This document shows, piece after piece, positions 9,616 to 20,271 of a DNA stretch of 64,000 bases; the first letter of the stretch is position 1; the number at the start of each line of letters is the position of its first letter. The position numbers and the translations under genes were made by a program. Location of the stretch: the NCBI GenBank assembly GCA_964646765.1, contig CAZYIA010000004.1, forward strand, positions 13,887 to 77,886, given 5' to 3'. The stretch comes from an uncultured Candidatus Saccharibacteria bacterium. Lineage in GTDB: Bacteria; Patescibacteriota; Minisyncoccia; Phycocordibacterales; UBA9973. Under the pieces are notes generated by a model. That model was not told where the DNA came from and did no database searches. It was given only the letters and a program-made list of their open reading frames with translations.

Positions 9616-10275
9616 TCATGGCGAGGTCTTCTTTCCGGAAGGCATGGTGGACGAGGACTTGCCGCCCGTTTTCTTTGTTGCGGGTGTTTTGGCCGGCGTG
9701 GCTGCCGGTTGGGCAACGGAAGGTTGTTGTGGCGGGACAGCCACAGCCGGACTCGCCGAGCCTGTGGTCTGCTGCGAAACAGCAGGCGCAACAACCGCCG
9801 GAGCATTTGCCGGAACCCATGCCGGCGTGTAACCCGGCGGCGTCGGACGCGCCGGCACCGCCAGACCCCGCGCACGTGCGTATTCGTCAGCCTGGTTCAT
9901 GAAACGCTGCGGGGCCTCCGGATCAACGCCCTCTTCGGGATGCGTACCCCCTCGGCAATAGTTCATTTCCATCTGGGGGAAAGGCACAAAGCCCGACTGC
10001 CCGGATTCCGGCGCAAACCGCGCCTTCAGTTCGATACGGAAGCGACGGCAATCGGGCTCCTTGAAGCGCTTGAGCGTAGTGATGTGCGCCATCACGTCAC
10101 CCTGCACTGGGGCTGTGCGTCGGACCAGATCGGTGATCTCTCCATCCAGCGGTGCGTTCACAAAACCGTTCGGCGCATCGATGGCCTCTTCGAGCAGCTC
10201 CTTGATGGATGCCGCCGTGCTGTGGCTCGATGCCACGAACAACATGCTGGCGAACAAATGATGCAGGTATTTCAA
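9616..10275 (-). CDS. secreted hypothetical protein with Pro/Ala-rich tail
   Basis: Signal peptide, CRRF...NYC two-Cys domain, RBS AAGGAG; lies between traN and traF. Confidence 0.7.
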   Translation of the reverse strand: MKYLHHLFASMLFVASSHSTAASIKELLEEAIDAPNGFVNAPLDGEITDLVRRTAPVQGDVMAHITTLKRFKEPDCRRFRIELKARFAPESGQSGFVPFPQMEMNYCRGGTHPEEGVDPEAPQRFMNQADEYARARGLAVPARPTPPGYTPAWVPANAPAVVAPAVSQQTTGSASPAVAVPPQQPSVAQPAATPAKTPATKKTGGKSSSTMPSGKKTSP

Positions 10276-10287
10276 GCGTCTCTCCTT

Positions 10288-13212
10288 TCAAGGCTTCATT
10301 GACGGTGCATCGTAAATCACGCCTTTATTCCAGGTCGTATCGCATTGCGGCTGGAAATAGGAGTCCGTCTTGCAATTGACGTTGTCGGCGACGACGGCCT
10401 GGGTGCCAAATTGATCAAGCATCTTGGGCTGGATATCCTTGATGAATTCGGTGAGGTCCATCTGGGAAAAATCAAGGCCGGTCAGCTCACCGGGCGAGAA
10501 GCCGCTGCAATCGGGGCTTTTGGCCGAGCCGAAGGTCTTTCCCAGTTGCGCGCGCCCTTGCGTGTTGATGAGCTTGGCAAGCTTCGAGTTGTAGCAGCAG
10601 TAGCTCTGCTTGCGCTCGTAACACCAGCCAAGCACTTTCTTGCTGCAGTATGAGCCGACGTAGTTGCACAGATTGGCTCCACGACGCAATGCAAGCACCC
10701 CCTCGTCCTGGGTCATCGAGCAGGTGAGGACTTCCTTGATGACATACATCGCGACCGCGAAGGCGAAGGAATAGGGGTCGAAGGCAAACCCCATCGTAAA
10801 ACCCCCACCTGCAGCCGGGGCGAACGTGACTTGCAGTCCCCAGACGCTGAAGCTTGGCGACCATGCATTACCGCCAATGGCTCCCGTACCGTAGATAGTG
10901 TTGAATACACCGTCTGACAGTAAATCACTCTGGAAAAGCGCGTCGAACACGTACGGTGATCCGATGAACCCCGTTACGTTACGGGCGGCTGTGCCCATAA
11001 GCGACGTACCATAACTCGACATCCCGTACTGGCTGCTGTTGGTGGTCTCGCCCGCCTCCTTGACCTTGCAGCACGATCCCCAGGAGCGTTCCCGGCAGTT
11101 GCTGGCCACCCCCTTGAAAAGTTGAAGATCATCCGGATCCTGGTAGGCGCCCGCCTGACGTCCTATTTCCAGCCACAGCACGCTTTCCGTAAAATCCTGA
11201 TCGGCTGCACCACCAGACTGAAAGCAGTATCCATTGACACAGGTCATCTTGTCTTCGCAAGAGGTCACGGTCGTGCTCGTGCCCGTTCCACTTTCGACGC
11301 AAGTGAACTGCTTGTCCCAAACGATGCAGGTATCCGTGTCCGCGAACGTTTCGACACAGGCTTCCGACACCAGCGTACATTTTGGATCGTCGATCAGCTC
11401 CTTGCATTGGGAGTTGTCGAACTTGCCGCAGGTGTAGTTGCGGTCCCATTTCCAGCAATCCTTGGTGACCGGCATGCCATTGATGATCCGCGTGCCGCCT
11501 GGTTCAACGCACGTCTCGGAATCGTAGGTGCACAATGGGTCATTTTCAGTTGCGACACACTGGTTATCGATTTCGTCCTTGCCGATCGTGAAGTAATAAT
11601 CGAGCAGGATGACTTCCGCCGGGGGAGGAAAAATCTCGTCCGAGCAGCGGAAAACGTTTCGCCATTCCAGACAAGTACCGTTCGCAGCAGTGTTGATACA
11701 TTGCGGAATCGTATGCATCCAGCATCCTGCATCCATCAGGGGGTCGCAGTTGTTGATGACCTGGTCTATGAGACATTGATAGGTGGTCTGATATTCCCAG
11801 CAGTCACGGGTCACGGCCTCGCCGTTGATCTCCTTGGTGGATGGGCCGTCGACACAGACCTGGGTCATCGTGTAGCAGTTGTTGTCGTTGGCGTACACCG
11901 TGCACTGGTCCGTCCAGCTGTCGGTGGTTGTGACGGTCGTGACCCCTCCTGTCGGATCGGTGCCGCTTACGGTCTCGCTGCTTTGGTTGCCCCAACGCGG
12001 CCAGTAATAGTCAACTTTCAGCACCTCTGTGTCATGGTAATTTCCGGAAGGAGCACTTATTGACCCAGGGCCGACCTCGAATATCTTGAATGAATATGTG
12101 CACGTCGTACCGGAACATCCTTGTTGGGCGCCCGCCAGATAAGTCATCGCATGGCCAACGGTGCAAGCGCCCTTCCAATGGTGAATTGCATGCGAAATGG
12201 CATTATTTATGGACTGACCAGAACAGTACCCCTCGGAATCACAGGACCAATTTGTCGCTTGAGGACTTTCATTGCTCGAAACGACAAACGGAGCCTTGGG
12301 CACTTGCGCATATCCGTTCTGGCAGGTTCCGTGCAATCCGACGGAAGGGTCAAACCAGAGCTTGATATGGGTGGCCGTCGGGTTGGGGTCGCAGTAATAG
12401 AACACCTGAAAAACTACCGCGGAGCCACTGAGGTAGAGATTGCCGACCGGAACCCAGGTGCCAGGCGTGCAGTTCAACTCCGTGTTCACTTCCACTGCCA
12501 CGGTCAGCGTCTTCTTGCAGCCGTAGAGCTCCGCTTTGGTGTTCGAGCTGGTGCATTCGTAAAGGGCGTCCTTGTCCACCTCCACTTCCCGCACGAGCGA
12601 ACACGTTGCCGCTTGAGGCTCCATGCTTTCGGTGCATCCGTGGGTCGAACTCTCGGGCGGAAAATCGATGGTGTTCGTGGTGCACGGCGGTCCGCCGCAG
12701 CTCCCGTCAGCGATTGCGGTGGGGTTCCCCTCGCATGCGGTTTCCGTGATGCTAAACGTCATTCCGGCACTGCCAAGAATGGCGCTTGGATTGCTTTGCG
12801 CGGACTTGGCGACAGCAAAAAGCGGGTCGCTCTTGGAAAACACGAAGCCACCCTTGGTGGAGTCGTTCAGCGATTTCACCGCGTCACACGCCATTTGCTC
12901 ACGCGTGTCCGGATTGCTGGTCATGGACATGCAGGTGGCGTTATGTGAGTAACTGGGAGTCGTGAGATCTCCCGTACCCCCGCCATACAGGATGCTGGGG
13001 TCGTTCCCGCCGCCGACATAGGGCACCCCGTGGGGTGCGTCGCTCGGCAAATGTGCGGCCGCGGCCGCAGAGTTGACTTCCGGCTTGTGGTACGGCGAAC
13101 TTCCCCAGAATGTCGCGCCCTGGTTGAAAGCGTCCACCGTACTGACGTCAGCCCTTACTACATTGGACAATCCAAGCGCAAGCAGCAGTACCGAGACAAT
13201 CCATCGCTTCAT
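10288..13212 (-). CDS. traN: mating-pair stabilization protein TraN
   Basis: Signal peptide, Cys-rich body, C-terminal CNYVGSYC..YCCYNSKLAKLINTQGRAQLG..PDCSGF..LDFSQMDLTEF. Confidence 0.95.
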   Translation of the reverse strand: MKRWIVSVLLLALGLSNVVRADVSTVDAFNQGATFWGSSPYHKPEVNSAAAAAHLPSDAPHGVPYVGGGNDPSILYGGGTGDLTTPSYSHNATCMSMTSNPDTREQMACDAVKSLNDSTKGGFVFSKSDPLFAVAKSAQSNPSAILGSAGMTFSITETACEGNPTAIADGSCGGPPCTTNTIDFPPESSTHGCTESMEPQAATCSLVREVEVDKDALYECTSSNTKAELYGCKKTLTVAVEVNTELNCTPGTWVPVGNLYLSGSAVVFQVFYYCDPNPTATHIKLWFDPSVGLHGTCQNGYAQVPKAPFVVSSNESPQATNWSCDSEGYCSGQSINNAISHAIHHWKGACTVGHAMTYLAGAQQGCSGTTCTYSFKIFEVGPGSISAPSGNYHDTEVLKVDYYWPRWGNQSSETVSGTDPTGGVTTVTTTDSWTDQCTVYANDNNCYTMTQVCVDGPSTKEINGEAVTRDCWEYQTTYQCLIDQVINNCDPLMDAGCWMHTIPQCINTAANGTCLEWRNVFRCSDEIFPPPAEVILLDYYFTIGKDEIDNQCVATENDPLCTYDSETCVEPGGTRIINGMPVTKDCWKWDRNYTCGKFDNSQCKELIDDPKCTLVSEACVETFADTDTCIVWDKQFTCVESGTGTSTTVTSCEDKMTCVNGYCFQSGGAADQDFTESVLWLEIGRQAGAYQDPDDLQLFKGVASNCRERSWGSCCKVKEAGETTNSSQYGMSSYGTSLMGTAARNVTGFIGSPYVFDALFQSDLLSDGVFNTIYGTGAIGGNAWSPSFSVWGLQVTFAPAAGGGFTMGFAFDPYSFAFAVAMYVIKEVLTCSMTQDEGVLALRRGANLCNYVGSYCSKKVLGWCYERKQSYCCYNSKLAKLINTQGRAQLGKTFGSAKSPDCSGFSPGELTGLDFSQMDLTEFIKDIQPKMLDQFGTQAVVADNVNCKTDSYFQPQCDTTWNKGVIYDAPSMKP

Positions 13213-14042
13213 CGGGCGCTCCCCACAGCCTGCAGCCGCGCCTGTGCGATACGCCCAAGCTCGTCAGAACGCCTGGCGAATTGCTCGAGCGCATACTCGA
13301 TGGACACGTCTCCGACGAGGCTCACGTGATTCGTGCACACCCCGTCGTCGCACGCCTTGTCGGCCATTGCGGCCAGGACAGTCGTTGGCACGGCCGTAAC
13401 GCCATATTTGCGGAACAGCTCGGGATGAATTTGCACGTCCGCCCCTTGGTCTGTTGCCGGCTTGAGTGCGCGAACGGTGTTCTGAAGATTGCGGCCGCTG
13501 AAACCGCCGGCAACGCCTCGCAGGACAAGCACCGCACCATAGCGCTTGGCTTGTGCGCCAATCACACGAAGCGTTTCGTCGGGAAGTGAAGTGGAAACGA
13601 AGACGACAAGCTGATCCTTGGGACCGTTTGCCATCGGGTCGGCAGCGGAAACATTGCGATAGAGCCGCACGATTTCCGCCGGATCGACAGCATCCGCGGC
13701 CATTTCCCGCGCTGCGCGCGCCGCGGCGGCGGGAGCCGTATTTTGAATAGGGGCCTGGTTGTGGCGAACGTACGCCCGCTCAACAGCGTCCGATGGATTG
13801 ACGCCCCCGGTTTGGGCGTTACGGGAAGCGCGATCGATGGCCTGGCCGACCTGGTCGCGTGACAATCCTGGTGCACCCGGATTGCCTGTAACCGACGTGT
13901 CGATACGACGGACGGCAGCGGCCGCCTGATCCAGCATTTCGTAATAATGCTGTTGCAGTTGCTGGGGCATGACCTCCTGCCCGTGAGCCGGCACTGTAGC
14001 CATGCCAATGGCAACCAGAAAACCAATGAAGTGTCGTGTCAT
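13209..14042 (-). CDS. trbC: type-F pilin assembly protein TrbC
   Basis: LVVFVSTSLP..LVLRG..QIHPELFRKYGVTAVP..GDVSIEYALE; ATGA overlap with traU. Confidence 0.9.
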   Translation of the reverse strand: MTRHFIGFLVAIGMATVPAHGQEVMPQQLQQHYYEMLDQAAAAVRRIDTSVTGNPGAPGLSRDQVGQAIDRASRNAQTGGVNPSDAVERAYVRHNQAPIQNTAPAAAARAAREMAADAVDPAEIVRLYRNVSAADPMANGPKDQLVVFVSTSLPDETLRVIGAQAKRYGAVLVLRGVAGGFSGRNLQNTVRALKPATDQGADVQIHPELFRKYGVTAVPTTVLAAMADKACDDGVCTNHVSLVGDVSIEYALEQFARRSDELGRIAQARLQAVGSAR

Positions 14043-15097
14043 GGTGACAAAACATCCGATAGAGGGAAGCCGCCAGAACAGCAATCCCGTTTACGAAAGA
14101 TCTGGTACGCGAAATCCTCACCGGCAATCGGAATTTCCTTGCCGGGTTGCCAGTGCATGGTTGTACGTCCGATGGGCTGGCAGCACTTCCCAGCAATCTT
14201 TTGAGTGGCGGGCACCGGATAGACAAGCTGCGTCTTGTAGTTGCGCTTGTTCATGATCGGATCCCAGTAAATTCCGCACATGCCTTTCTTCCCGGCACCA
14301 GAGAAGATCAGTCCTTCGCGATGCATCTTCGTGAGCATCCTGGCAACAAGCAAAGACGACGCACGCACTCCGCCGTATTGCGTGGGAACCCAGCCGTTGA
14401 GCGGGAACATGCTGCCCTGGCAGCCGGCGCACCAGAAGAGTTCGGTCAGGGGGAAGCCGAGTGTGGCGGTCGTGCAATCGAACGGGCAGGCGAGCTGCGC
14501 CACCATGTTGCCAAACAAAACGGCTTCGGGATTGATGAGGAAGGTTTTCTTCGAGTCATGCCACAACGGATCGACTTCCGTGAAATACGCAAGGTCGAAT
14601 ACGCCCGATTCAAGGCAGGGATGATCCAGCAGAACCTCCAGCCAGAACCAGATGGGGTTGACGTACCAGTGGGCCTGGTAGAACGACATTGGAGGCTGCG
14701 CCGTATGGCGTTTCGTGCGTCCGTGCGCACCCTCGCGCACGCTGATCATGCCGCTGGTGTCAGCGTTGATGTCGATATCGAGCTTCAAGCCGCCGAGCGA
14801 CGGAAAACAATAGGGTTCGCGCGCGACTTCGATCACGCGCACAGGCTCCCAGAACCCCAGTGTCACACCGATGTTCTCGCCACAGTTGCAGAGAACCCCA
14901 CCAGGCGACGAGCCATTGTCTTCCTGATCGAGCCCGATAACTCCGGCCCCTGAAATGCGCATGGGAAAGGCGCAGCTCCAGCAGATGTCCGTGATCGGAT
15001 TCATGAATTTCCCGCGACATACGTTTTCCGCTGCGGCAAGATTGGCGCCGAAAAGACTTGCCAGGCAAAACAAGATGGCGAAGAACGTCTTTTTCAT
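14039..15097 (-). CDS. traU: pilus assembly protein TraU
   Basis: CRGKFMNPITDICWSCAFP, FWEP, LFWCAGCQG, FRKRDCC. Confidence 0.95.
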   Translation of the reverse strand: MKKTFFAILFCLASLFGANLAAAENVCRGKFMNPITDICWSCAFPMRISGAGVIGLDQEDNGSSPGGVLCNCGENIGVTLGFWEPVRVIEVAREPYCFPSLGGLKLDIDINADTSGMISVREGAHGRTKRHTAQPPMSFYQAHWYVNPIWFWLEVLLDHPCLESGVFDLAYFTEVDPLWHDSKKTFLINPEAVLFGNMVAQLACPFDCTTATLGFPLTELFWCAGCQGSMFPLNGWVPTQYGGVRASSLLVARMLTKMHREGLIFSGAGKKGMCGIYWDPIMNKRNYKTQLVYPVPATQKIAGKCCQPIGRTTMHWQPGKEIPIAGEDFAYQIFRKRDCCSGGFPLSDVLSP

Positions 15098-15174
15098 AGC
15101 GCAAAGAGGCTGAGAAGCGCTTGCAGCAGAACGGCGGTAAAAACGGCATTAGTGAGCTCGAACATTGCGGTTCC

Positions 15175-15822
15175 CTACATGGCAAATTCTTCGATGCGTA
15201 AACGGTTCCCTTCCTGCGTCACCAGGGCGGGAACGTGCTTGATCCCCAATTTTTGGGTGATGAAACCCGTCTGGTCGTAGTACACCTTGCGCCGCCACTC
15301 CTTCGTGAGATCAACAAAGGACCCGCCTGTCAGGACCGGCATGATTGCCCCCTTGAACCGGTTGACCAGCGCGATGGCCTTCTTGACCTGTCGGCTGTCA
15401 CGCGCATCGAAGAACAGCATGGGGTCCCCGAAATCCTGCATATCGAGCGGGTTGGCGCGCGTGCCGCGCGGAACGACGATCCGGCCGTCGGGTGACGTGA
15501 TGTCTTCATGTGCGACCACTGTCGGGTCGTAATAAGTGACCCGGTTCCGCTTGGCCGTAGTAATCCCGGCGACCGGTGGAGGATTGAGGATCCGCGCCTT
15601 GGCACGCTCTGCCGCCTCTTTCTGGAGACGGAGCATCTCACCCGATTTTTCCTTCTGGCGCAGCTTGGCCAGGATCTCTTCCAGGATGTCCGGTTCCCGG
15701 ATTTCATAGGTGGGACCGATGGCGCTTTCGCGTTCCTCTGCAGCCGCGACCGGCGACATGTGGAAAGATGCCGCCATTGCACACATCATTGCCAGGAAAG
15801 CGGGGAAACGGGACGGCCGCAC
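15175..15822 (-). CDS. traW: type-F conjugative transfer protein TraW
   Basis: IGPTYEIREPD, YYDPT, GTRANPLD, YYDQTG..LGIKHVPALV; GTG start just after the trbI stop. Confidence 0.92.
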   Translation of the reverse strand: MRPSRFPAFLAMMCAMAASFHMSPVAAAEERESAIGPTYEIREPDILEEILAKLRQKEKSGEMLRLQKEAAERAKARILNPPPVAGITTAKRNRVTYYDPTVVAHEDITSPDGRIVVPRGTRANPLDMQDFGDPMLFFDARDSRQVKKAIALVNRFKGAIMPVLTGGSFVDLTKEWRRKVYYDQTGFITQKLGIKHVPALVTQEGNRLRIEEFAM

Positions 15823-15823
15823 G

Positions 15824-16339
15824 TCATTCCTTCCCCGTTTGGAAGTCCGGGTCGAAGCGCATGCCGCGCTCCAGCTGCCGCCGCAGCACGGCATTGTCCG
15901 CGCCAGCAAGGCCAACCAGCTCCTTGACTCTGTTTGTGAGGTCAGGCACGTTTTCCGCGACCGTGGCACCCGCGGTCAACAGAAGGCAGTCACATTCCGC
16001 TTGCACCGTGTTCAAGGAATCCTGCAACTCCCGCCCAAACCGACTGGCCGCATCATAGGCGGCACCGCGTTCCTTGTCGGTAACGGTCTTTGTGGTGACC
16101 ATGCTGGCAAGCTGAAGTTGTTTGGCCTCCACGATTGCCTGCACGTCGACGATAGCAAAGTGAACCGGTCGGTCGACAAAGTGCCTGTAGCCGAGTAACG
16201 CGATGATCACGGTGACAAGCGCGACGAACAGAGCGATGCCCGTTACTTCAAGAAAGGACACGCCACCCACAGGATTCGGGGGCGACGAGACGTCTTCGGG
16301 GGTGGTATCGGTTGAAGGCGTCGATTCGGTTGTCATCAA
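15824..16339 (-). CDS. trbI: TrbI-like type-F transfer protein
   Basis: Single TM, FAIVDV motif, C-terminal PDLT; position upstream of traW. Confidence 0.7.
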   Translation of the reverse strand: MMTTESTPSTDTTPEDVSSPPNPVGGVSFLEVTGIALFVALVTVIIALLGYRHFVDRPVHFAIVDVQAIVEAKQLQLASMVTTKTVTDKERGAAYDAASRFGRELQDSLNTVQAECDCLLLTAGATVAENVPDLTNRVKELVGLAGADNAVLRRQLERGMRFDPDFQTGKE

Positions 16340-16492
16340 GGGTCTCCTGATGGCACTGCATTGGCAGTGCCTGCGTCGAGTACATCAGGAGAAATTACAG
16401 GACACGGTGAAAAGCGCAAAAAGTTATAGCGACACCCCGACTGAAAGGCCGGTTTGCCGTGTGCCGGGTCGGATTTGCCGGGCGGTGAAAGG

Positions 16493-16975
16493 TCAGCGGG
16501 AAGCTGGGCGGCGTCTGGGACGCTTGTGGGGCAGACTTGATGTATTCAGCAGCACTGCGCCATCCGGTAGCCGTTTCAGGTGCCCCATTTCTTCCAGTTG
16601 ACCAAGCGCGGTGGACGACATGAATGGATTGTTTTCGGTCATGTCACGCAACGCCATGCCATGGACATAACCTTCATCCGACGCAATGCTGGCGATCGCG
16701 GACAACACCATCCGGGTAAACGCGGGATTATCGAAGACCAGTGCCTCTTCTTCGAGTTGCTTGATACGAGCCATATTCTTGCGGCCTTTCTCAAGTAACT
16801 CGTGGCGTGCGTGATGAATCGCGCCCGAGATTTTCGACACCGCCTTATGTTGGCGTTCAGTGCGGTTTTCTTCCGGGATGGCCAGGATCTGACGCAGGTT
16901 GCCCCGCATCGAGGCGAGGGTATTGTGAGACGGACGCCGTGCGGCAGAGGGTTTGGAACGGGTATTCATGCGCAT
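16493..16975 (-). CDS. hypothetical protein with C-terminal winged-helix-like segment
   Basis: Basic N-terminus, coiled coil, C-terminal STALGQLEEMGHLKR..GAVLL pattern. Start codon uncertain. Confidence 0.55.
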   Translation of the reverse strand: MRMNTRSKPSAARRPSHNTLASMRGNLRQILAIPEENRTERQHKAVSKISGAIHHARHELLEKGRKNMARIKQLEEEALVFDNPAFTRMVLSAIASIASDEGYVHGMALRDMTENNPFMSSTALGQLEEMGHLKRLPDGAVLLNTSSLPHKRPRRRPASR

Positions 16976-17023
16976 ATTGTGGCATGCGGCACCGCAAGAT
17001 ATCCGCACGCCCCCATGCAACAC

Positions 17024-17578
17024 TCAAAACAACGTAACGACACGCCCCATGATTCGGTCGCGCGCCACCAGCCCCATTGTGGCGTAACGGGAATCATACG
17101 AATCCTTGCTGGGGGTGCCCACAAAATACATTCCATCCGGGATTATCCCGCCTTTGGCTACGGCCAAGGGTTTGCCGGTCTTGCTGAAACGCTTGGCGTG
17201 GGCGACCCAATCGCCATTGATGAAGATGTCGCGGCCATCTTCACCCCCTATTTCCACGAAGTCACCAGGCATGCCGTAGATGTATTTGGCCAGAACCAGG
17301 CCGCCGGGCGGGCCCATTGGGCCATCTACCGTGAGAATGCCGAATTTGCCACCGCGAAACGGCGTGGTGTCCCATTTCTTCACGACATAGAGGTGGTCGT
17401 TTGGAAGAGAGCTGTCCACGGAAATGCCGACAAAGAAGAACTGGGTCAAGACGCCCAATGTCAGCACGAAGCTGATCACCGCCATGTAATAGCGGCGCAG
17501 GGTCTTCATGCATTCCGTGCCCAGCCAGCGCAGATTCGCAAGCGTGAACGTGGAACGGATAATCGCAAAGCTGCTCAA
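17024..17578 (-). CDS. S26-family conjugative signal peptidase (TrhF/TraF-P-like pilin processing)
   Basis: SSLP, LAKYIYGMPGD, SYDSRY motifs; GGAGG RBS before a TTG start. Confidence 0.9.
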   Translation of the reverse strand: MSSFAIIRSTFTLANLRWLGTECMKTLRRYYMAVISFVLTLGVLTQFFFVGISVDSSLPNDHLYVVKKWDTTPFRGGKFGILTVDGPMGPPGGLVLAKYIYGMPGDFVEIGGEDGRDIFINGDWVAHAKRFSKTGKPLAVAKGGIIPDGMYFVGTPSKDSYDSRYATMGLVARDRIMGRVVTLF

Positions 17579-17599
17579 GTGTCACCTCCTGCCGTGCTA

Positions 17600-20242
17600 T
17601 CAATCAAGCTTCACCCCACGCTGCTCCAGAATGGTTTCGATGGCCGTTTCTGTCGACATGCCCTCACTGACCAGTGCATTGATTGCAGCAAAGTCATCAG
17701 CTTTCGTGGAAGCCATCAGCATGGAGAACGGATCGAAAAGCAGGCGGCCGATGGTAGGCGGCATGTCCGCACAGCGCATGAAAATCTCCGAGAACTTGCC
17801 GCCTATGGTGGTGACGCTGTTCAGCATCATCTTGGTGTGTTCGTCCATGATGAGCTTGCCGGATTTCTGAAGATCCTCGATGGACTCCGCTTTCTGGCGA
17901 AGCAGAAACATCCAGTCCGCGTTGTCGAACGCCGCCTGCGAGGTGCCGGATTTGAAGTAGTCGCCGACTGATTGCGTTCCGGTGAAGAACGCGCCCCCGT
18001 ATTTTCTCGCCCGTCTGTACCCGGCCTCGATGAAGTCGCCGGCACTGCCCGAGCTCATGAGATCCCAGGCTTCGTCGATGATGACGAGGCTGCGTTGCTT
18101 GCGATCCCCCGTGTACATTTCATTGGTGATACGGTACATGAGGAGCAGCATGATGACCGACTGCAGATCCTTGCGGGACTTCAGCTCCTCCAGCTCGAGG
18201 ACCACCAGATTGCTGTTGAAGTTGACGTTGGCGCGGCCATTGAAGAACTTGCCATAACTGCCCGCCTCCGTGTAGGGGAACAGCTGGACACCGAGTTCAC
18301 GGATCTGTGGATCGCAAACCTCGTTGTTGATGACTTCCAGGCGATTGCCGTAGGCTTCCAGCGACCCACCCTCATAACAGGCTTTCTTGAGGCGCTCAGC
18401 CAGTTGATCCAGGTTCATCCTGGAGCCAAACTCGCTCCACAGTTCGCGAATATTGATCTCGATCTGTGCCAGTTCGTAGTCTGACAACGGGGCGTTCGGC
18501 TGGATCATCTGGCCAATGAGCGGCTTGATCAGGCTCATGTCCTCATCCAGATCCATTACCATGTCGAACGGATTCAGGCAGAGATTCGAGTTCGGCGTGA
18601 ACTCAATGTATTGGCCACCGAGAATGCGGCACAGTTTCTCGTAGGATCGACCTACGTCGATGATCCACACACGGCCACCCGTGGCGATCACACGCTGGGC
18701 CAACTCGATGAGGAAGTTGGATTTGCCGCTTCCGGAAGCACCGACCACGATGCCGTTGTAATTGCCGGAAGGGTTCGCGAAAGGATCGACGTTGATGACC
18801 TGCCCGCGGCGCCCGAACAGGGTCAGCACCGGCAGGCTTCCGAGGCCCTTCCATTCCGCAATGATCGGCAAGGAATGAGCTGCGTTGTAAACGGTCTTGC
18901 TGAAAGACCGCTGAAAAATCTGGAGATCGCGTTGCATGAGAGGACCGAACATCAGGGGCAACGCATCCATCAGGCCCTGCTTCTGTACCTTGCGATCCGT
19001 GGCAATATCGAAACCTTCGGCACGCCATACGGCCTTGGCCGATTGTTCCGCCTCAAACGTATCGTCTGGCTTCGGGAAGAGCAGCAATTGGTGATAGAGG
19101 CGCACCGTTCCCTTGCCATCTTCGAAGGCCAGGTTCGCGATGTCGAAGTCCATTTTCCGATCGGCCGCATCCGGCAAAAATTTTGCCATCGGCGATCCGG
19201 CCGTCTGCGTTGCACGTGCGCCCTTGAGAAGAAAGCGGTTCTTCTGGACATCGAAGTCCATGATCTGCGCACCGAATGTGAGCACGAAGGGGCAGTTATA
19301 GGCAATCGTGAATGAGCGGTAATGCCCGATCAACGAACCCATCTGCGGCAATTCGATTTGCCGCGGATAGGACCGCACTGACATGGCGCGGATGGCTATG
19401 GGCTCGTAGCCTGCTCCCGAGAAGATCAGCTGATCCTCCTCCTCCTCGATTTTTGTATCGGGAGAAATGATTTGCCGCCGAATCTCCCTGTCCGGATCAT
19501 ACGGCAGCACCGGATGGTCGGCTGCCATCGTCATATGCGGGTTGAGGATCAACGCGCACCAGTTGATCAAATCATCGGGCTGCCAGCTGCGATAATACAA
19601 ATGGTAGGCCTTCAGGGTGGCAGCGATCGTCTCGCGCAGCGTAATGATTTCCCGTTTCTTTTTCTCGTCGTGGACGTCTTCAAGGGGAACAACGCAAGAC
19701 AGCATGGCGCGATAATTGCGCATCATGAAGTTCATGTCCTTGAAGATCGGTGATTTTGTGCCGCGCCGGTAATAGGCGATGCGGCGCTCCGCAATGCGGT
19801 TGATAAGCTGCGACTGCCGCCGCTCCCGTTCAGTCATGGTGGCAACGCGATCGCTCGGCTTGACTGTGGCGTCGAGGTACGCCTGGTAGTAGTTGTCGAC
19901 AACCGGCGAGGCATACAACGACACCTGGATACCGGTACCGACCGGCGCACCTGCCGTAAAAATGTTGGCAAGAAACTCCGCCATTTCCTGCGAAGCACCT
20001 GTTTGCAAAGAAATCTCCAGGCAGAAACCCATGCCTTCGGCTTTTCCGGGTTTGTCTGACTCAAGCACGAAGAGTTCGTAGTCCGGATCCCATGCCGTGT
20101 ATGGCAGGTAGTCCGAGAAACGGTCGAACGAGGGGGACTTTTGTGCCGAATCGCGGACGCCAGCGTAATCGCACCCGTTTTGGGTGAAGTTCGATTCGCT
20201 GGAGCGCAGCTGGTTTTTGATCAGATCAATGAACCCGAACAT
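17600..20242 (-). CDS. traC: type IV secretion ATPase TraC (VirB4 family)
   Basis: Walker A GASGSGKS, IIDVGRSY, IIDEAW, RRARKYGG..TQS. Confidence 0.96.
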   Translation of the reverse strand: MFGFIDLIKNQLRSSESNFTQNGCDYAGVRDSAQKSPSFDRFSDYLPYTAWDPDYELFVLESDKPGKAEGMGFCLEISLQTGASQEMAEFLANIFTAGAPVGTGIQVSLYASPVVDNYYQAYLDATVKPSDRVATMTERERRQSQLINRIAERRIAYYRRGTKSPIFKDMNFMMRNYRAMLSCVVPLEDVHDEKKKREIITLRETIAATLKAYHLYYRSWQPDDLINWCALILNPHMTMAADHPVLPYDPDREIRRQIISPDTKIEEEEDQLIFSGAGYEPIAIRAMSVRSYPRQIELPQMGSLIGHYRSFTIAYNCPFVLTFGAQIMDFDVQKNRFLLKGARATQTAGSPMAKFLPDAADRKMDFDIANLAFEDGKGTVRLYHQLLLFPKPDDTFEAEQSAKAVWRAEGFDIATDRKVQKQGLMDALPLMFGPLMQRDLQIFQRSFSKTVYNAAHSLPIIAEWKGLGSLPVLTLFGRRGQVINVDPFANPSGNYNGIVVGASGSGKSNFLIELAQRVIATGGRVWIIDVGRSYEKLCRILGGQYIEFTPNSNLCLNPFDMVMDLDEDMSLIKPLIGQMIQPNAPLSDYELAQIEINIRELWSEFGSRMNLDQLAERLKKACYEGGSLEAYGNRLEVINNEVCDPQIRELGVQLFPYTEAGSYGKFFNGRANVNFNSNLVVLELEELKSRKDLQSVIMLLLMYRITNEMYTGDRKQRSLVIIDEAWDLMSSGSAGDFIEAGYRRARKYGGAFFTGTQSVGDYFKSGTSQAAFDNADWMFLLRQKAESIEDLQKSGKLIMDEHTKMMLNSVTTIGGKFSEIFMRCADMPPTIGRLLFDPFSMLMASTKADDFAAINALVSEGMSTETAIETILEQRGVKLD

Positions 20243-20271
20243 GAAAATGCTCCTTGATTGCTCCCTGATAT

